Assembly: GCA_028826165.1 (NCBI GenBank)
Contig: JAPDFW010000064.1
Location: 372,001-436,000, forward strand
Reading direction: 5' to 3'
Length of the DNA stretch: 64,000 nucleotides
Origin: Anaeramoeba ignava BMAN
Lineage: Eukaryota; Protista; Anaeramoebae
The position numbers were made by a program, and so were the translations under genes. Shown here piece by piece: positions 50,401 to 62,997 of this stretch (its first letter is position 1; each line of letters begins with the position of its first letter). The notes under the pieces were generated by a model. That model did no database searches. It was not told the origin of the DNA and saw only the letters and a program-made list of their open reading frames with translations.

Positions 50401-52009
50401 GTGAAAGATATGTTTGACAATCAAAAAGATGATCCACTTCTGTCTCAAGGAAATACATTGCAGGAAGTCTTGGTGGTCTTTTACGTTCTTCAACAAGTTT
50501 ATTCACTGCATCATCAGATACTGTAACACCAAAAAATGAAGGAATAGCATCTCCTTTTTTGTTTCGTGATTTAACTAAGACTTCCACACTTCCTCCTGGA
50601 TAACAATTTTCTTTTGAAAGAGAAACATCAAAAAAAACTTCATCTTTTGGTTGAACAAATAAAATTCGTTCTGAAAGTGGGATTTTTTCTTTTTTATCAA
50701 TTTTCCAAGCAGTTACTCTTAATACACCATCTTCATTCTTTGTTGGAATTCTCACTTCATAAGGAGTAAAAGGTTTTTCAATCACTAATTTTTTGCTTTC
50801 AATTTCCTTTTCTCTCTTGTACAAATTAATACTCACTTCACCTATTTGTGTTGCTGAAACCGAAAGAACTATTTCTTTTCCAAATTCATAAATTGGACTT
50901 TGTGAAATCATTGAAAATCCCTCTTTTTTTGAATCAGGTAAATTAATAGGAACTGTAATTCCGGATGGTTTTGTGATTTCTAAAGAGTATTGAGTTTTTT
51001 CTTTTGGAACAAATTGGAATTTTCCTCTTCCTTCATGAACAGTTTTAACTAAAAATAAAATAAAATATTTCAATTCAATTCAATTCAATTCAATTCAATT
51101 CAAAATAAAATATTTACTTTCAATGTTTTCGATATTGGGATCTTTTGGTTTGGATGATAGTTTAGCTTCAAAATCTGCTGGATCTCCTGTTGGTGTAAAT
51201 GCTTCAAAATAAACACCACAAGGTAAACCACAAATTAAATCACCACCTTCTGGATAAATATTCACATCCAATTTCTTCAAAACAACAGGCAATGTTTTAG
51301 AAACATTTTCAAGAACACCTCCATCTTGAATAGCACAATTAAGTGATCCAACACCTTCAATTATTTTGCTTGGCAACTTGAAAATCACAACACATTTTCC
51401 TTCTTTATCAAGAGTATATTGACCTTTATAAATCTCTTTTTGGTCCAAGCGAGCAATTGCAGTTACTTTCGCATTTTCAGCAACACCACCTTCAGCTCTT
51501 TCAACAAACAAAGAAGCTCTCACTTCATCATTTTGTCCATATGCCTTTTGAAGGAATAAAAGTTCTGATTTCAATCTTGGTGGACGAAATGCTCTTATTG
51601 TGAATTTTCTTTCAGCAAGTGGAATTCCTTGGTTGTTTGAATGAAAAATTTGAGCAATATAATCTCCTCCTAAAGCATCTTGTGGAATTTCCCATTTGGT
51701 TGAATATACTGATTTTTCTGGTCTTGAAATCTCTTCTTCCAAAAGTATATCTTCTTTTGGTCCAAGTATTTTTAATTTTGGTGATCCAATTCTTCCTAAT
51801 GGAGAAATATGAAATGGTTTGTGATTAAATGCATCTAATGCAATGGCTCTAATATAAACTTTTTCTCCAGGTTTATAAGTGTGTTTATCTGTTGAAATTG
51901 TTAGTAAAATTCGATTGCAAGAAAAATAATTTTGATAATCTTTCTCGTTTGTTGATATTATTGCTTTTTCTTTAACTTGATTTTTTGCTTTTTCGTTTCT
52001 GTTTCCCAT
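47458..52009 (-). CDS. Alpha-2-macroglobulin / thioester-containing protein (TEP)
   Basis: TDKHTYKPGE (MG2), FTETLY, EPCGCFEQT thioester motif (~48931-48956), GGYEWFG, FGSTQATVLALKA; three exons. Confidence 0.9.
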
Positions 52010-52118
52010 TTTTTATTATCTTTTGTTTTGTTTTTGTTTTAAACAAAAAAAAAAATGATTTCTTTTTTAAAAAATTTTTTTTTCCAACTTTAAGGAAATA
52101 TTTTTTTTTTTTCCAACT

Positions 52119-53846
52119 TTAAAAATTTTTCTCCTCTTCAAATTTAAATTTGATTTTAACTCTAATTTTTGGTTTTTGGATTGAAATTAATGAAGAAATT
52201 TTGATTTCATTTTGATTTTGATTTTGATTTTGATTTTCATTTTGATTTTCATTTTGATTTTCATTTTCATTTTGATTTTCATTTTGATTTTCATTTTCAT
52301 TTTGATTTTGATTTTGATTTTGATTTTGATTTTGATTTTCATTTTCATTTTGATTTTCATTTTGATTTTCTTCAATTCTTTTCTGTTCCATTTTTTCTTC
52401 TTCAATTCTTTTCTGTTCCATTTTTTCTTCTTCAATTCTTTTTTTATCTTCTTCAATTCTTTTTTGTTCCATTTTTTCTTCTTCAATTCTTTTTTGTTCC
52501 ATTTTTTCTTCTTCAATTCTTTTTTGTTCCATTTTTTCTTCTTCAATTCTTTTTTTATCTTCTTCAATTCTTTTCTGTTCCATTTTTTCTTCTTCAATTC
52601 TTTTCTGTTCCATTTTTTCTTCTTCAATTCCTTTTTCTGTTCCATTTCTTCTTCTTCAATCCTTTTCTGTTCCATTTTTTCTTCTTCAATTCTTTTTTGT
52701 TCTATTTCTTTTCTTCTTTTCCGTTCTTGTTCCTCTTTTCTCTTTTTTTCTCTTAACAATTTTCTATTTTTTCGTTTTTGAATCGCAAGTCTTTTTTTTA
52801 ATTCCTTTTTTCTTTCTTGATCCTCTTTTTGTTTGATCAAAATTTCTTTTCTTTTTCTTTCTTTTTGTTCTTCTTTTTTTCTTTTTCTTTCTTCTTCAAT
52901 TTTTTTCTGTTTTTCTAACATTAATTCAGTTTCTTGTTTTCTTTTCAAAAATTGTTGTTCTTTTTCAACATCATTTAGAATTTTATTTTCTTCTTCTTTT
53001 TCTTTTTCTTTTTTTTTCAAAGAAATTCTTGATTTTACATCATAAACAATTAATCTAAATTCATCAGGAAGTTCATTATCATCAAATATTTGTTCACAAA
53101 AATAAACTCTTCTTAATCTACAATTTGCATGAACCTATTAATTGATTTTAAAAAAAAAGTGGATCAAAATAAAAAGCAAATTTTTTTTTTCTTCTTTTTA
53201 CTTGAACTCGATTTGTTTGAACAAATTTTGTTTGAAAAGCTTTTTGAGTTAAATTATCTAAATTAATTTGAACTTGATTCCAACCTGGATCTAAATTTAA
53301 AGGCATATTACAAGCAAAATTAGAAACTAGTGTTTTTGTCTAATAAAAAAATGAAAAAATGAAAAAATGAAAATTAAAAAAAAATTAAAAAAATGAAATT
53401 AAAAAAATTTACTTGATAATTTGATATTCTAAATCTTCTATTAATGTTTAAATCATCTGTAATTTCAATTTCAAAAGAAAAATATTTTCTCATCTAAAAA
53501 AATAACAAGATCAAAAATAACAAGATCAAAAAAATAACAAGATCAAAAAAATAACAAGATCAAAAAAATAAAACAAGTTTTTTATTTTTTTTCTTACATT
53601 TTTAACAATTAAAACAATATGTGGCATTGTAATTCCTACTTTTTCATATGTATTTGATGGAAATGTCAAAAATGTATTTTGAATATTATCACTTAAAATT
53701 TCTAATGCTATTGATCTTATACTTGTATCTGTAATTCTTTTTATTTGTCCTCCATTTATAGTTTGTTTCCATTTTCCAAGAGGCTTACTTCCAATAGAAT
53801 AAAAAATTGAAAAAATTCCTTTTTGAGAAGGATTATTTTGAAACAT
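52119..53846 (-). CDS. CFAP20: CFAP20 (DUF667/BUG22) domain with long charged repetitive tail
   Basis: FYSIGSKPL..W, KYFSFEIEI.DD...RRFR.SNYQ, MPLNLDPGWNQVQINL, VHANCRLRRVYF, ELPDEF over four exons. (MEQKRIEEEK)n tail with a 1-nt frameshift near 52631. Confidence 0.85.
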
Positions 53847-53990
53847 TTTTTTTAGAATAAAAAAAAAAATGGAATAAAAAAATGGAATAAAAAAATGGAA
53901 TAAAAAAATTATTTTTCATTTTTATTTTATTTTTTCATTTTTAATTTTTCATTTTTTTAATTTTTCATTTTTCATTTTTTTCAATTTTTA

Positions 53991-55768
53991 ATGGTTGTTT
54001 ATTCTCTTTATATAATTAATAAATCTGGTGGTGTAATTTACACATATGTAAATCAAAAGAAAAAAAGAAAAAAAAAAGAATTAAATAATTTAAATTAATT
54101 TAATTAAAATTTCCAATTATGAAATTTATAATTATAAAAAAAGTTTAACCAGAAAGCTTCTCCACAAACAAAAAGTAATGCTAATGCAAATCTTAGTATT
54201 GGTTCAGTTTTTCATTCTTTATTTACAATGGCTACTACAATTTCTCCTGTTCAAAATTCTTCTGGAATTCAAGTTCTTGAAGCAAATAATTTTACACTCC
54301 ATTGTCTTTTAACAGTAACTGGTAAATTATTTATAAACAAATTTATAAACAAATTTATAAACAAATTTATAAACAAATTTATAAACAAACTTATAATCAA
54401 AATTATAACCAAATTTATAAATAAACTTATAAACAAATTTATAAACAAATTTATAAATAAACTTATAAACAAATTTATAAACAAATCTATAAACAAATTT
54501 ATAAATAAATTTATAAATAAACTTATAACTAAATTTATAAACAAACTTATAAACAAATTTATAAACAAACTTATAATCAAAATTATAACCAAATTTATAA
54601 CCAAATTTATAAATAAATTTATAAACAAATTATAACCAAAATTAAAAATAAATTTATAAACAAATTTATAAACAAATTATAAACAAATTTATAAACAAAT
54701 TTATAAATAAATTTATAAATAAATTTATAAACAAATTTATAAATAAATTATAAACAAATTTATAAATAAACTAATAAACAAATTATAACCAAAATCAAAA
54801 ATAAACAAATTTATAAATAAATTTATAATTAAATTTATAAATAAATTTATAAACAAATTTATAAACAAATTTATAAAACAAATTTATAAACAAATTTATA
54901 AAACAAATTTATAAACAAATTTATAATCAAATTTATAAATAAATTTATAATCAAATTTATAAACAAAATTATAAACAAATTTATAAAAAATTATAAATAA
55001 ATTATAAACAAATTTAAAAATAAATTTATAACCAAATTTATAACCAAATTTATAACCAAAAATTATAACCAAAATTATAAATAAATTTATAAAACAAATT
55101 TATAAAACAAATTAATAAAAATTTATAAACAAATTTATAAACAAATTTATAAACAAATTTATAAATAAATTTATAAATAAATTTATAAACAAATTTATAA
55201 ACAAATTTATAAACAAATTTATAAACAAAATTATAAACAAATTTATAAATAAATTTATAACCAAAATTATAAACAAAATATAAACAAATTTATAAATAAA
55301 TTTATAAACAAATTTATAACCAAATTTATAAACAAATTTATAAACAAATTTATAAACAAAATTATAAACAAATTTATAAATAAATTTATAACCAAAATTA
55401 TAAACAAAATATAAACAAACTTATAAAAAAATTATAAACAATTTATAACCAAATTTATAACCAAAATCAAAAATAAACTTAAAAATAAATTATAATTAAA
55501 TTTATAACCAAATTTATAACCAAAATCAAAAATAAACTTAAAAAATAAACTTGAAAAATAAACTTAAAAATTTTTCAATAAATTAAAAGGAACAAAATTC
55601 TTTGTTATAACAGATCCATCACATCCTGATCCACAAGCATTATTACAACAAATATATGAACTTTATTGTGATGATATTTTAAAAAATCCATTTTATGATT
55701 TAGAACAACCAATTTATCGTCATGATAAAACATTCGTTTTAAAATTACAAGAAATGATCGAAAAATAA
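53991..55768 (+). CDS. TRAPPC4: TRAPP complex subunit Trs23/synbindin
   Basis: YSLYIINKSGG, FHSL...ISP...SSGI..LE...F.LHC..T.TG, TKFFV, IYELYCD..LKNPFYDLEQPI; three exons. Confidence 0.9.
54328..55560. repeat. (ATAAACAAATTT)n intronic satellite
   Basis: Directly visible 12-bp array. Confidence 0.9.
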
Positions 55769-55927
55769 GAAATCCCAATTTATTTTTTTTCTTTTTTTTT
55801 TTTCAAATCATCTCAAATTTCTATTTTGAGAATAAATCAAGATTCTTTTGAAATATTTTCTTTCTTTCTTTCTTTCTTTCTTTCTTTTTTTTAATTCAAA
55901 ATTCCTTAAAATTATATTTAATTTTTG

Positions 55928-57297
55928 TTATTTTTGATGATCATTTGAATCTTCAAATTTTGAATATAAAATTTCATCATTTGAATCACGATCATTTTCA
56001 ATTTGAATTAATTTTTGATTTTTATTTTGATTTTGATTTTGATTTTCTTTTTCATTTTCATTTTCATTTTCAGTTTCAGTTTCATTTTCATTTTCATTTT
56101 CATTTTCAGTTTCATTTTCATTTTCATTTTCATTTTCATTTTCTTTTTCTTTTTCTTTTTCAAATGGATTCTCAAAATGATCTCCAATTTGTATAAAATT
56201 TTTCTTTACTTGAGTCAAATTAATTTTTGAAAAATTTGCAACTAATTTCCCCTTTTTTCTAGCAATCATATCAACAAATTCATGACCAAAAGAAATATCT
56301 GAAAAAAAATAAGATTTCCTTGTTTGAAACAAAGACCCAGTAATTGCATCAAAACCTTCTAAAACACAAATAATTTGAGTTTGACGTTTTTTTTGATAAC
56401 GTTCCACTTTTTTCCAAAGAGGACTTTCTTCATCAATAACATGAGAAAAATGGATGGGAATAAAAGATATTTTTGGGGAAGAATTAATAAAACAACATTT
56501 CAATTCAGTGACTTCAAATTGGGAAAGTTTAGACAATTTGCTATTTGATTTTGAGTTTGCAGCTTCTTGGAGATTTGAAATATTAAGATCCTCATCAGAA
56601 TCAAGTAGTGGAGTTAATTCATTTGAATTTTTGGATTTTTCATGATGAATTGATTTGCGTTTTAATAAATATAACTTCATAATTGAGTTGATCAACGGAA
56701 ATTTTCTCCGATCAACAATGCGTCCAATAAGTTGTGATTTGTTGTTTTCAGTTGATGAGAGAACAAGTGAACGAGACCATAATAAAGAACGGCCTCTTGA
56801 TGAACCTCTTCCAAATTTCTCAAAAATAAGGGCAAAAAGTCATGGCATCGGCAACAATTCCTAAACAAACTTGAAAAACCATTACAATACAAGCCCAAGT
56901 GCAACTTCCTGGATTTAAATCACCAAATCCAATGTGATAATTTGTTTGTATAGAAAGATAGAAACATTCTGCAAATGATACCATTAATTTTTCATTTCTT
57001 AAACATTTTATATCAAAATAGTATAAAAGCCCAAAGAATAAAATTGATATCATTTCTTCAACAAAAATAAAAAGGATTAACCAGTACCATTTGATGTAAA
57101 TCAATGTGTGAAATCGATCTCTTAGAAATCGATACACTTTACTTCTGTTTGAGTTCCCAAAAAATTGTTCAATTTGTGGTTTTCTTTTTTCAATTATTCC
57201 TATTTTTTTAAGTTTTCTTTTTGGTTCAATATTCCTTTATTTAAATTTAGATTAATAAATTGAATTTTTAATTGAAAAAAAAAAATAAAATTTACAT
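55928..57297 (-). CDS. Inward-rectifier K+ channel (Kir/KirBac-like)
   Basis: D.FHTLI.IKW, TM1, FYLSIQTNYHIGFG, TM2, HVIDEESPL, LEGFD.ITG...Q.RKSY, GHEFVD. One extra base in the A-run at ~56834 breaks the frame. The start codon appears split by an intron. Confidence 0.85.
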
Positions 57298-57395
57298 AAT
57301 AAAAAATAAAAAGAAAATAAAATGAAAAAAATGAAAAAAAATGATTGAAAAAAAATTTTTTTTTGCTCTTTATTTAACAAAAAAAAAGAACAATT

Positions 57396-59946
57396 TCAAA
57401 TTTGAAGTAATTTTTTTAAATTTGTATTTGAATTTAATTGAAAGTAATCAATTGCTACTTCAAGTTCTTTTTTGTATTTTTTCTTCATCTTTTGAGGCAA
57501 TGAATCTGTATAAAAGAAATTAAATAAAATGGAAAGAGTTTCAAAAGAAAGTTTAGAATAATCGGAAACTTGATTTGATTTATCATCAACAGAAACAAAC
57601 ATGCCTCTATATAATTCACTTCTGGCCAATAAAATTGTAGAGTGAATACAAATTTTCTTCTTGGAAACAAGAATTGTGAAATCTTTGCTTTTTTGATCTT
57701 TAGATAATTCTGTTAAATCAGAAATCAATGATAAAATCCCAATTTTATTTTCAATATTTTTAATCTCAAATTTTTCCGAAATTTCAGTTATTAATTTAAA
57801 AGATTTGGGATAATCAATTTCCCCCAAATAAATAAATTCAAGATATTCATTGACTTGGTTTGTTTTGTATTTTGATAAAACTGTTTGAATTTTTTCGAGA
57901 TTGAATTTCTCAAGAAATCTTGCTCGAAAAATCATTTGATGACAAAATATTTCTCCATCTGAACATTGAATATTTAAATCACATTTTTCTTTTCTTTCTA
58001 ATAAATCCCTCAAATCTGGGATTATACTTAAATAATGATCAAGTAAATTTTTAGATTCTCCATCTTGAACTAAATCAAGTGGAGTTTCATTCTAAATTTT
58101 TTAATTTTTGATTTTTGATTTTTAATTTTTGATTTTTAATTTCATTTTTAAATGATTTACAAGCTTTTAAAATTTAAAAATTAATTTAAAATTCAATTTA
58201 AAATTTAATTTTTGATTTATTTACAGTCTAGATTTAAATTTTTTTAATCCTTTTTTGTTTATCCATTTTTTTTATACATTTTTCTCATCTAATGAACATT
58301 TAGAAGATAAAAGTAAATTTAATGAACGTTGATCAACTTTTTTTTCAAGAAATAGTCTATGAATAGGATTTTCTCTCTAAAATTAATTAAAATTAAAAAT
58401 AAAAATAAAAATAAAAATAAAAATATTTTGAATTTTTTTACCATCTTTTTAATAGGTTTTTTGTTGTTTTCAAAAATTAATTGATGAAAATATTGAAAAA
58501 AATAAAATTATAAATTTACATTCTTTTGTTTTTTGTTTTTTTTTGATTATAAAATAAAATTAAACCTATTTCAAGAAAATGAATAAGATCAAAAACTTAC
58601 ATTTAGTAAATTAACATTACATCCTGCAAATATTAATTCCTTAATTATCTCATAATTTTGATTATATCTTGCTGCTAAATTAATTGGAGAATTATTCTAT
58701 AAATAATAAAGAAATGTTTTTGTAAATCAAATCAAATCAAAACGATAACAAATTTTTTTTTAAATACATCCTGAATAAACAAAATAATTAATATATAAAA
58801 AATAATAAGAATTAATTTTTGGTTTACATTCTATAATTGAATATGAAAAAAAAATTCAGATGAAAATTAGATCTTTATGATTGTATAAAATTAAATACAG
58901 CTAAAGAATTCAAATCAACTCCAAATTTTATTAATTCTCGAACAACATTTGGAGAATTATGATAACAAGCAAAATGAAGAGGAGTCCATTTCTAAAAAAA
59001 AAATAATTCAAAATCAAAATCAAAATCAAAATCATTAAATTTATTAAATCTATTTAATACATACTAAAAAAAATTTTTAAAATTTTCAATCATTTCAATA
59101 TTTTTGTTTAAATTTTTGGAAATTAAAATGAAATTTTATACAATCTATATATAGATAGATAGAAAAAGAAATGTTTTTTTTTATTAATAAATCAAAATAT
59201 CAAAACAAAAATATAAATTTAATCAATTTACATTTTTACAATTTGCATCTACTTCTTTTTGAAGAAGAATTTTTAAGCATTCAACAGAATCATTTCGAGC
59301 TAAAAAATGTAAAGGATAATTTCTCTTTAAATTATTATTTATTAAAAACAAATTAATAAATTTATTTAAAAGAAAATGTAATTTTACTTTCTGATTTATT
59401 TACTTTCTATATTTAATTTAATTTAATAAGAATAAATCAGTGAAAATGAAATTTTTGATTTTTTTACATCCTAATATTTAATAAAATGATTAAAAATAAA
59501 ATTTTTTCAAATGAATGATTAAAATATTATTATGAAAATACATTCACAGAATCAACTTTTGCTCCTGAAGAAATTAAAAGTTCAATAACTTGAGGATTTG
59601 GGTTTTTATCACAAGCAATATGTAATGGAGTATTTTTCTAAATGATAGAATTAAAATAATTCTATTTTTTTCCCTTTAGAAGAAAATGAATAAAAATTTT
59701 TTACAAACTATTTATTTTGAATAAAAATTATAAATTTTTTTTATTAAAATTATTCAAAGAAAAAAACAAATAAAATTCACAATCTTGTTTATATTTTTTT
59801 TTATAAAATTTTTCAAATTAAAATTTATTTATGAATAAAATTTAATTTAAAATTCAAACATCAGTTTGATTAATATCTTGACCATCTTCAATACATTTTG
59901 AAATTAATTCTAAATTATTTTTTTTAACTGCTTCAATTAAATTCAT
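57396..59946 (-). CDS. Ankyrin-repeat (~6-7 repeats) + tandem BTB/POZ protein with paired 3-nt microexons at every repeat junction
   Basis: Exons MNLIEAVKKNN...QDINQTD, KNTPLH..., RNYPLH..., KWTPLH..., NNSPIN..., RENPIH..., then last exon 57396-58091 (NETPLD + two BTB-like units). All introns are phase 0. Confidence 0.9.
58161..59783 (-). other. 12 (+1 duplicate) single-codon microexons in ankyrin-BTB gene 2
   Basis: 59781 ATT, 59705 TTT; 59468 GAT, 59404 AAA (duplicate 59388 AAA); 59142 ATT, 59061 TAT; 58828 AAT, 58768 GAT; 58520 AAT, 58442 ATG; 58225 ACT, 58161 CTT. Each is flanked by AG and GT on the minus strand. Confidence 0.9.
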
Positions 59947-60144
59947 TTATTTAAAAAAAATGAAAAAAATGAAAAATTAAAAAAAGAAAAAACGTTTTTA
60001 TTTTTATTTTTATTTTTTTTCCCTTTTTTTTAATTTAAAATTTTTAATATTTTTTTTTTTCAATTCCAAAAATTCATTTTTTTATTTTTTATTTTTTCTT
60101 TTCTTTTCTTTTTTTTTCATTTTGGTTCTTGTTTTGTTTCTTTT

Positions 60145-62729
60145 ATGAGTTTCGACCATTTATTCAAAGTAATTATTTTTGGAGTTCATGGTGTTGGGAA
60201 GTCTTGTTTAATAACAAAATTTGTGGTAAATAATAATTTTATTTTCTTAATTTTTTGATATAAAATTCTCACACTTTAAACTTTCACAAAAAAAAAAAAT
60301 ATACAAAATTATATCAATTTTAAAAGGATAACACATTCTCACATGAAACCATCTCAACAATTGGAGTTGATTTTGTAAGTTATTTATAAATGAAAGATTT
60401 TTTTTAATTTCCATTTTTTATTGATCAATTTTTTTCACAATTAAAATAAATAGAGGACAAAAGATATCGAAATTGACAATCAAACCATTCGACTTCAGCT
60501 TGTAATTCTATTCTTAAATTCTATTTGGAGTTTTTTTTGTTTAAGTTATTTTGTTTATTTGTGATTTATTTTGTGATATTTTATTGTTTTCTTAGTGGGA
60601 CACAGCAGGACAAGAAAGATATCGAGTTCCTTTTACTTCTTCAATTTATAAGTAAGGATTATTTCAAGGTTCTTTAGCCTGATTTGTTTTTCTCATTTTT
60701 TCTGTATTATCTTTAATTTCAAATATTAAATCAAATAAAAATAACGTGTGGGAAATTGATATTTTTTTTGGGTCAAAATTGGAAAGAAATGCACAAGGTT
60801 TTATTATTGTTTATGACTTAACTAATTATAATAGTCTTGAAGAAGTTGAATATTTTATTCATGAAATTGAGGATAATTGCTCTGAAAATGTTGAGATCGT
60901 TCTTGCTGGTAATAAATCCGATCTTCCAAATCAAATTGAAAATCCAGAAGCTGAATTATTAGTAATTAAATTTATATTTAAAATTTATAATTATATTTAT
61001 AACAAAATTTATAATTAAATTTATAATTAAATTTATAACAAAATTTATAATAAAATTTATAACTATATTTATAATTAAATTTATAACAAAATTTATAATT
61101 AAATTTATAATTATATTTATAACAAAATTTATAATTAAATTTATATTTAAATTTATATTTAAATTTATAATTAAATTTATATTTAAATTTATAATTATAT
61201 TTATAATTATATTTATAACAAAAATTTATAATAAAATTTATAATTAAATTTATAATTAAATTTATAATTAAATTTATAATTAAATTTATAACAAAATTTA
61301 TAATTAAATTTATAACAAAATTTATAATTAAATTTATAATTAAATTTATAATTAAATTTATATCAAAATTTATAATTAAATTTATAATTAAATTTATATC
61401 AATTTATAATTAAATTTATAATTAAATTTATAATTATATTTGTAATTAAATTTATAATTAAATTTATATTTAAATTTATAATTAAATTTATATTTAAATT
61501 TATAATTAAATTTATAATTAAATTTATAATTAAATTTATAATTAAATTTATATTTAAATTAATTTATAATTATATTTATAATTATATTTATAATTAAATT
61601 TATAATAAAATTTATAATTAAATTTATAACTAAATTTTATAATTAAATTTATAATTAAATTTATAATTAAATTTATAATTAAATTTATAACAAAATTTAT
61701 AATTATAATTTATAATGAAATTTATAATTAAATTTATAATTAAATTTATAATTAAATTTATAATTAAATTTATAATTAAAATTATAATTAAATTTATAAT
61801 TAAATTTATAATAAAATTTATAATTAAATTTATAATTATATTTATAATTAAATTTATAATTAAATTTATATTTAAATTTATAATTAAATTTATAATTATA
61901 TTTATAATTAAATTTATAATTAAATTTATAATTATATTTATAATTAAATTTATAATTAAATTTATAATTAAATTTATAATTATATTTATAATTAAATTTA
62001 TAATTATATTTATAATAAAAATTATAATTATATTTATAATTAAATTTATAATTAAATTTATAATTAAATTTATAATTAAATTTATAATTAAATTTATAAT
62101 TATATTTATAATTATATTTATAATTAAATTTATAATTAAATTTATAACAAAATTTAATTATATTTATAACAAAATTTATAATTAAATTTATAATTAAATT
62201 TAAAATTTATAACAAAATTTATAATTAAATTTATAATTAAATTTATAATTAAATTTATAATTATATTTATAATTATATTTATAATTATATTTATAATTAA
62301 ATTTATAATTAAATTTATAATTAAATTTATAATTAAATTTATAATTAAATTTATAATTATATTTATAAATAATTTTATAATTAAATTTATAACAAAATTT
62401 ATAATTAAATTAATAATTAAATTTATATCAAAATTTATATCAAAATTTATAATTAAATTTATAATTAAATTTATATAAATATTTCCATATTGGTTTAGAA
62501 ATATACAAAAGGAAAGGAATATAAAACTTTCCGAACAAGTGCAAAAGATGGAAGTAATGTTACAGATTTATTTCATTATATTGCTTCACAACTTAAAGAA
62601 AAACCAATGGATGCAAATCCTTTAATAAGTGATGATGAACATCATAGAAACGTAATTCGTTTGGATTCTGATGAAACTGATTCTGAAAATGATCCACAAC
62701 CAAAACCTAAGAAAAAACCTTGTTGTTGA
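60145..62729 (+). CDS. Rab-family small GTPase (divergent)
   Basis: GVHGVGKS, TIGVDF, WDTAGQERY, GNKSD, TSAK, C-terminal CC; six exons. Confidence 0.93.
60965..62478. repeat. (TTTATAATTAAA)n intronic satellite
   Basis: Directly visible 12-bp array in the last Rab intron. Confidence 0.9.
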
Positions 62730-62997
62730 ACTCCTCTTTCCTTTCATTCTTTTTTTCATGTCGAATTTCGATATTTTTTTTTTCTTTTCTTACTTTTTTT
62801 TTTCTTCTTAAAATCTTCCTTTGAATTCTTTTAGGAAAAGAGTTGTTTAATTTTCCAGCTCAAAAAAAAAAATCATAAATAAATAAAAATCAGAATTGGT
62901 TTTATTCCAAAAAAAAAAATTTTTTTTATTTAAAAAAAAAGTGGAATGAAGAAGAAACAAAACAAAATGAAACAAAACAAAACAAAATTTTGGAATT

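Noticed and set aside
6990-56840. Single-base frameshifts in several genes (~6999, ~10303, ~34430, ~52631, ~56834) as programmed frameshifting or pseudogenes
   Set aside because: All lie in short homopolymers in otherwise intact ORFs and share no slippery motif; long-read indel errors are the simplest explanation.
58560-58572. TAG|GTTT as a zero-length (recursive) splice site in ankyrin gene 2
   Set aside because: Only ~35 nt from the upstream donor, shorter than the introns seen here, and the junction already has its two microexons.
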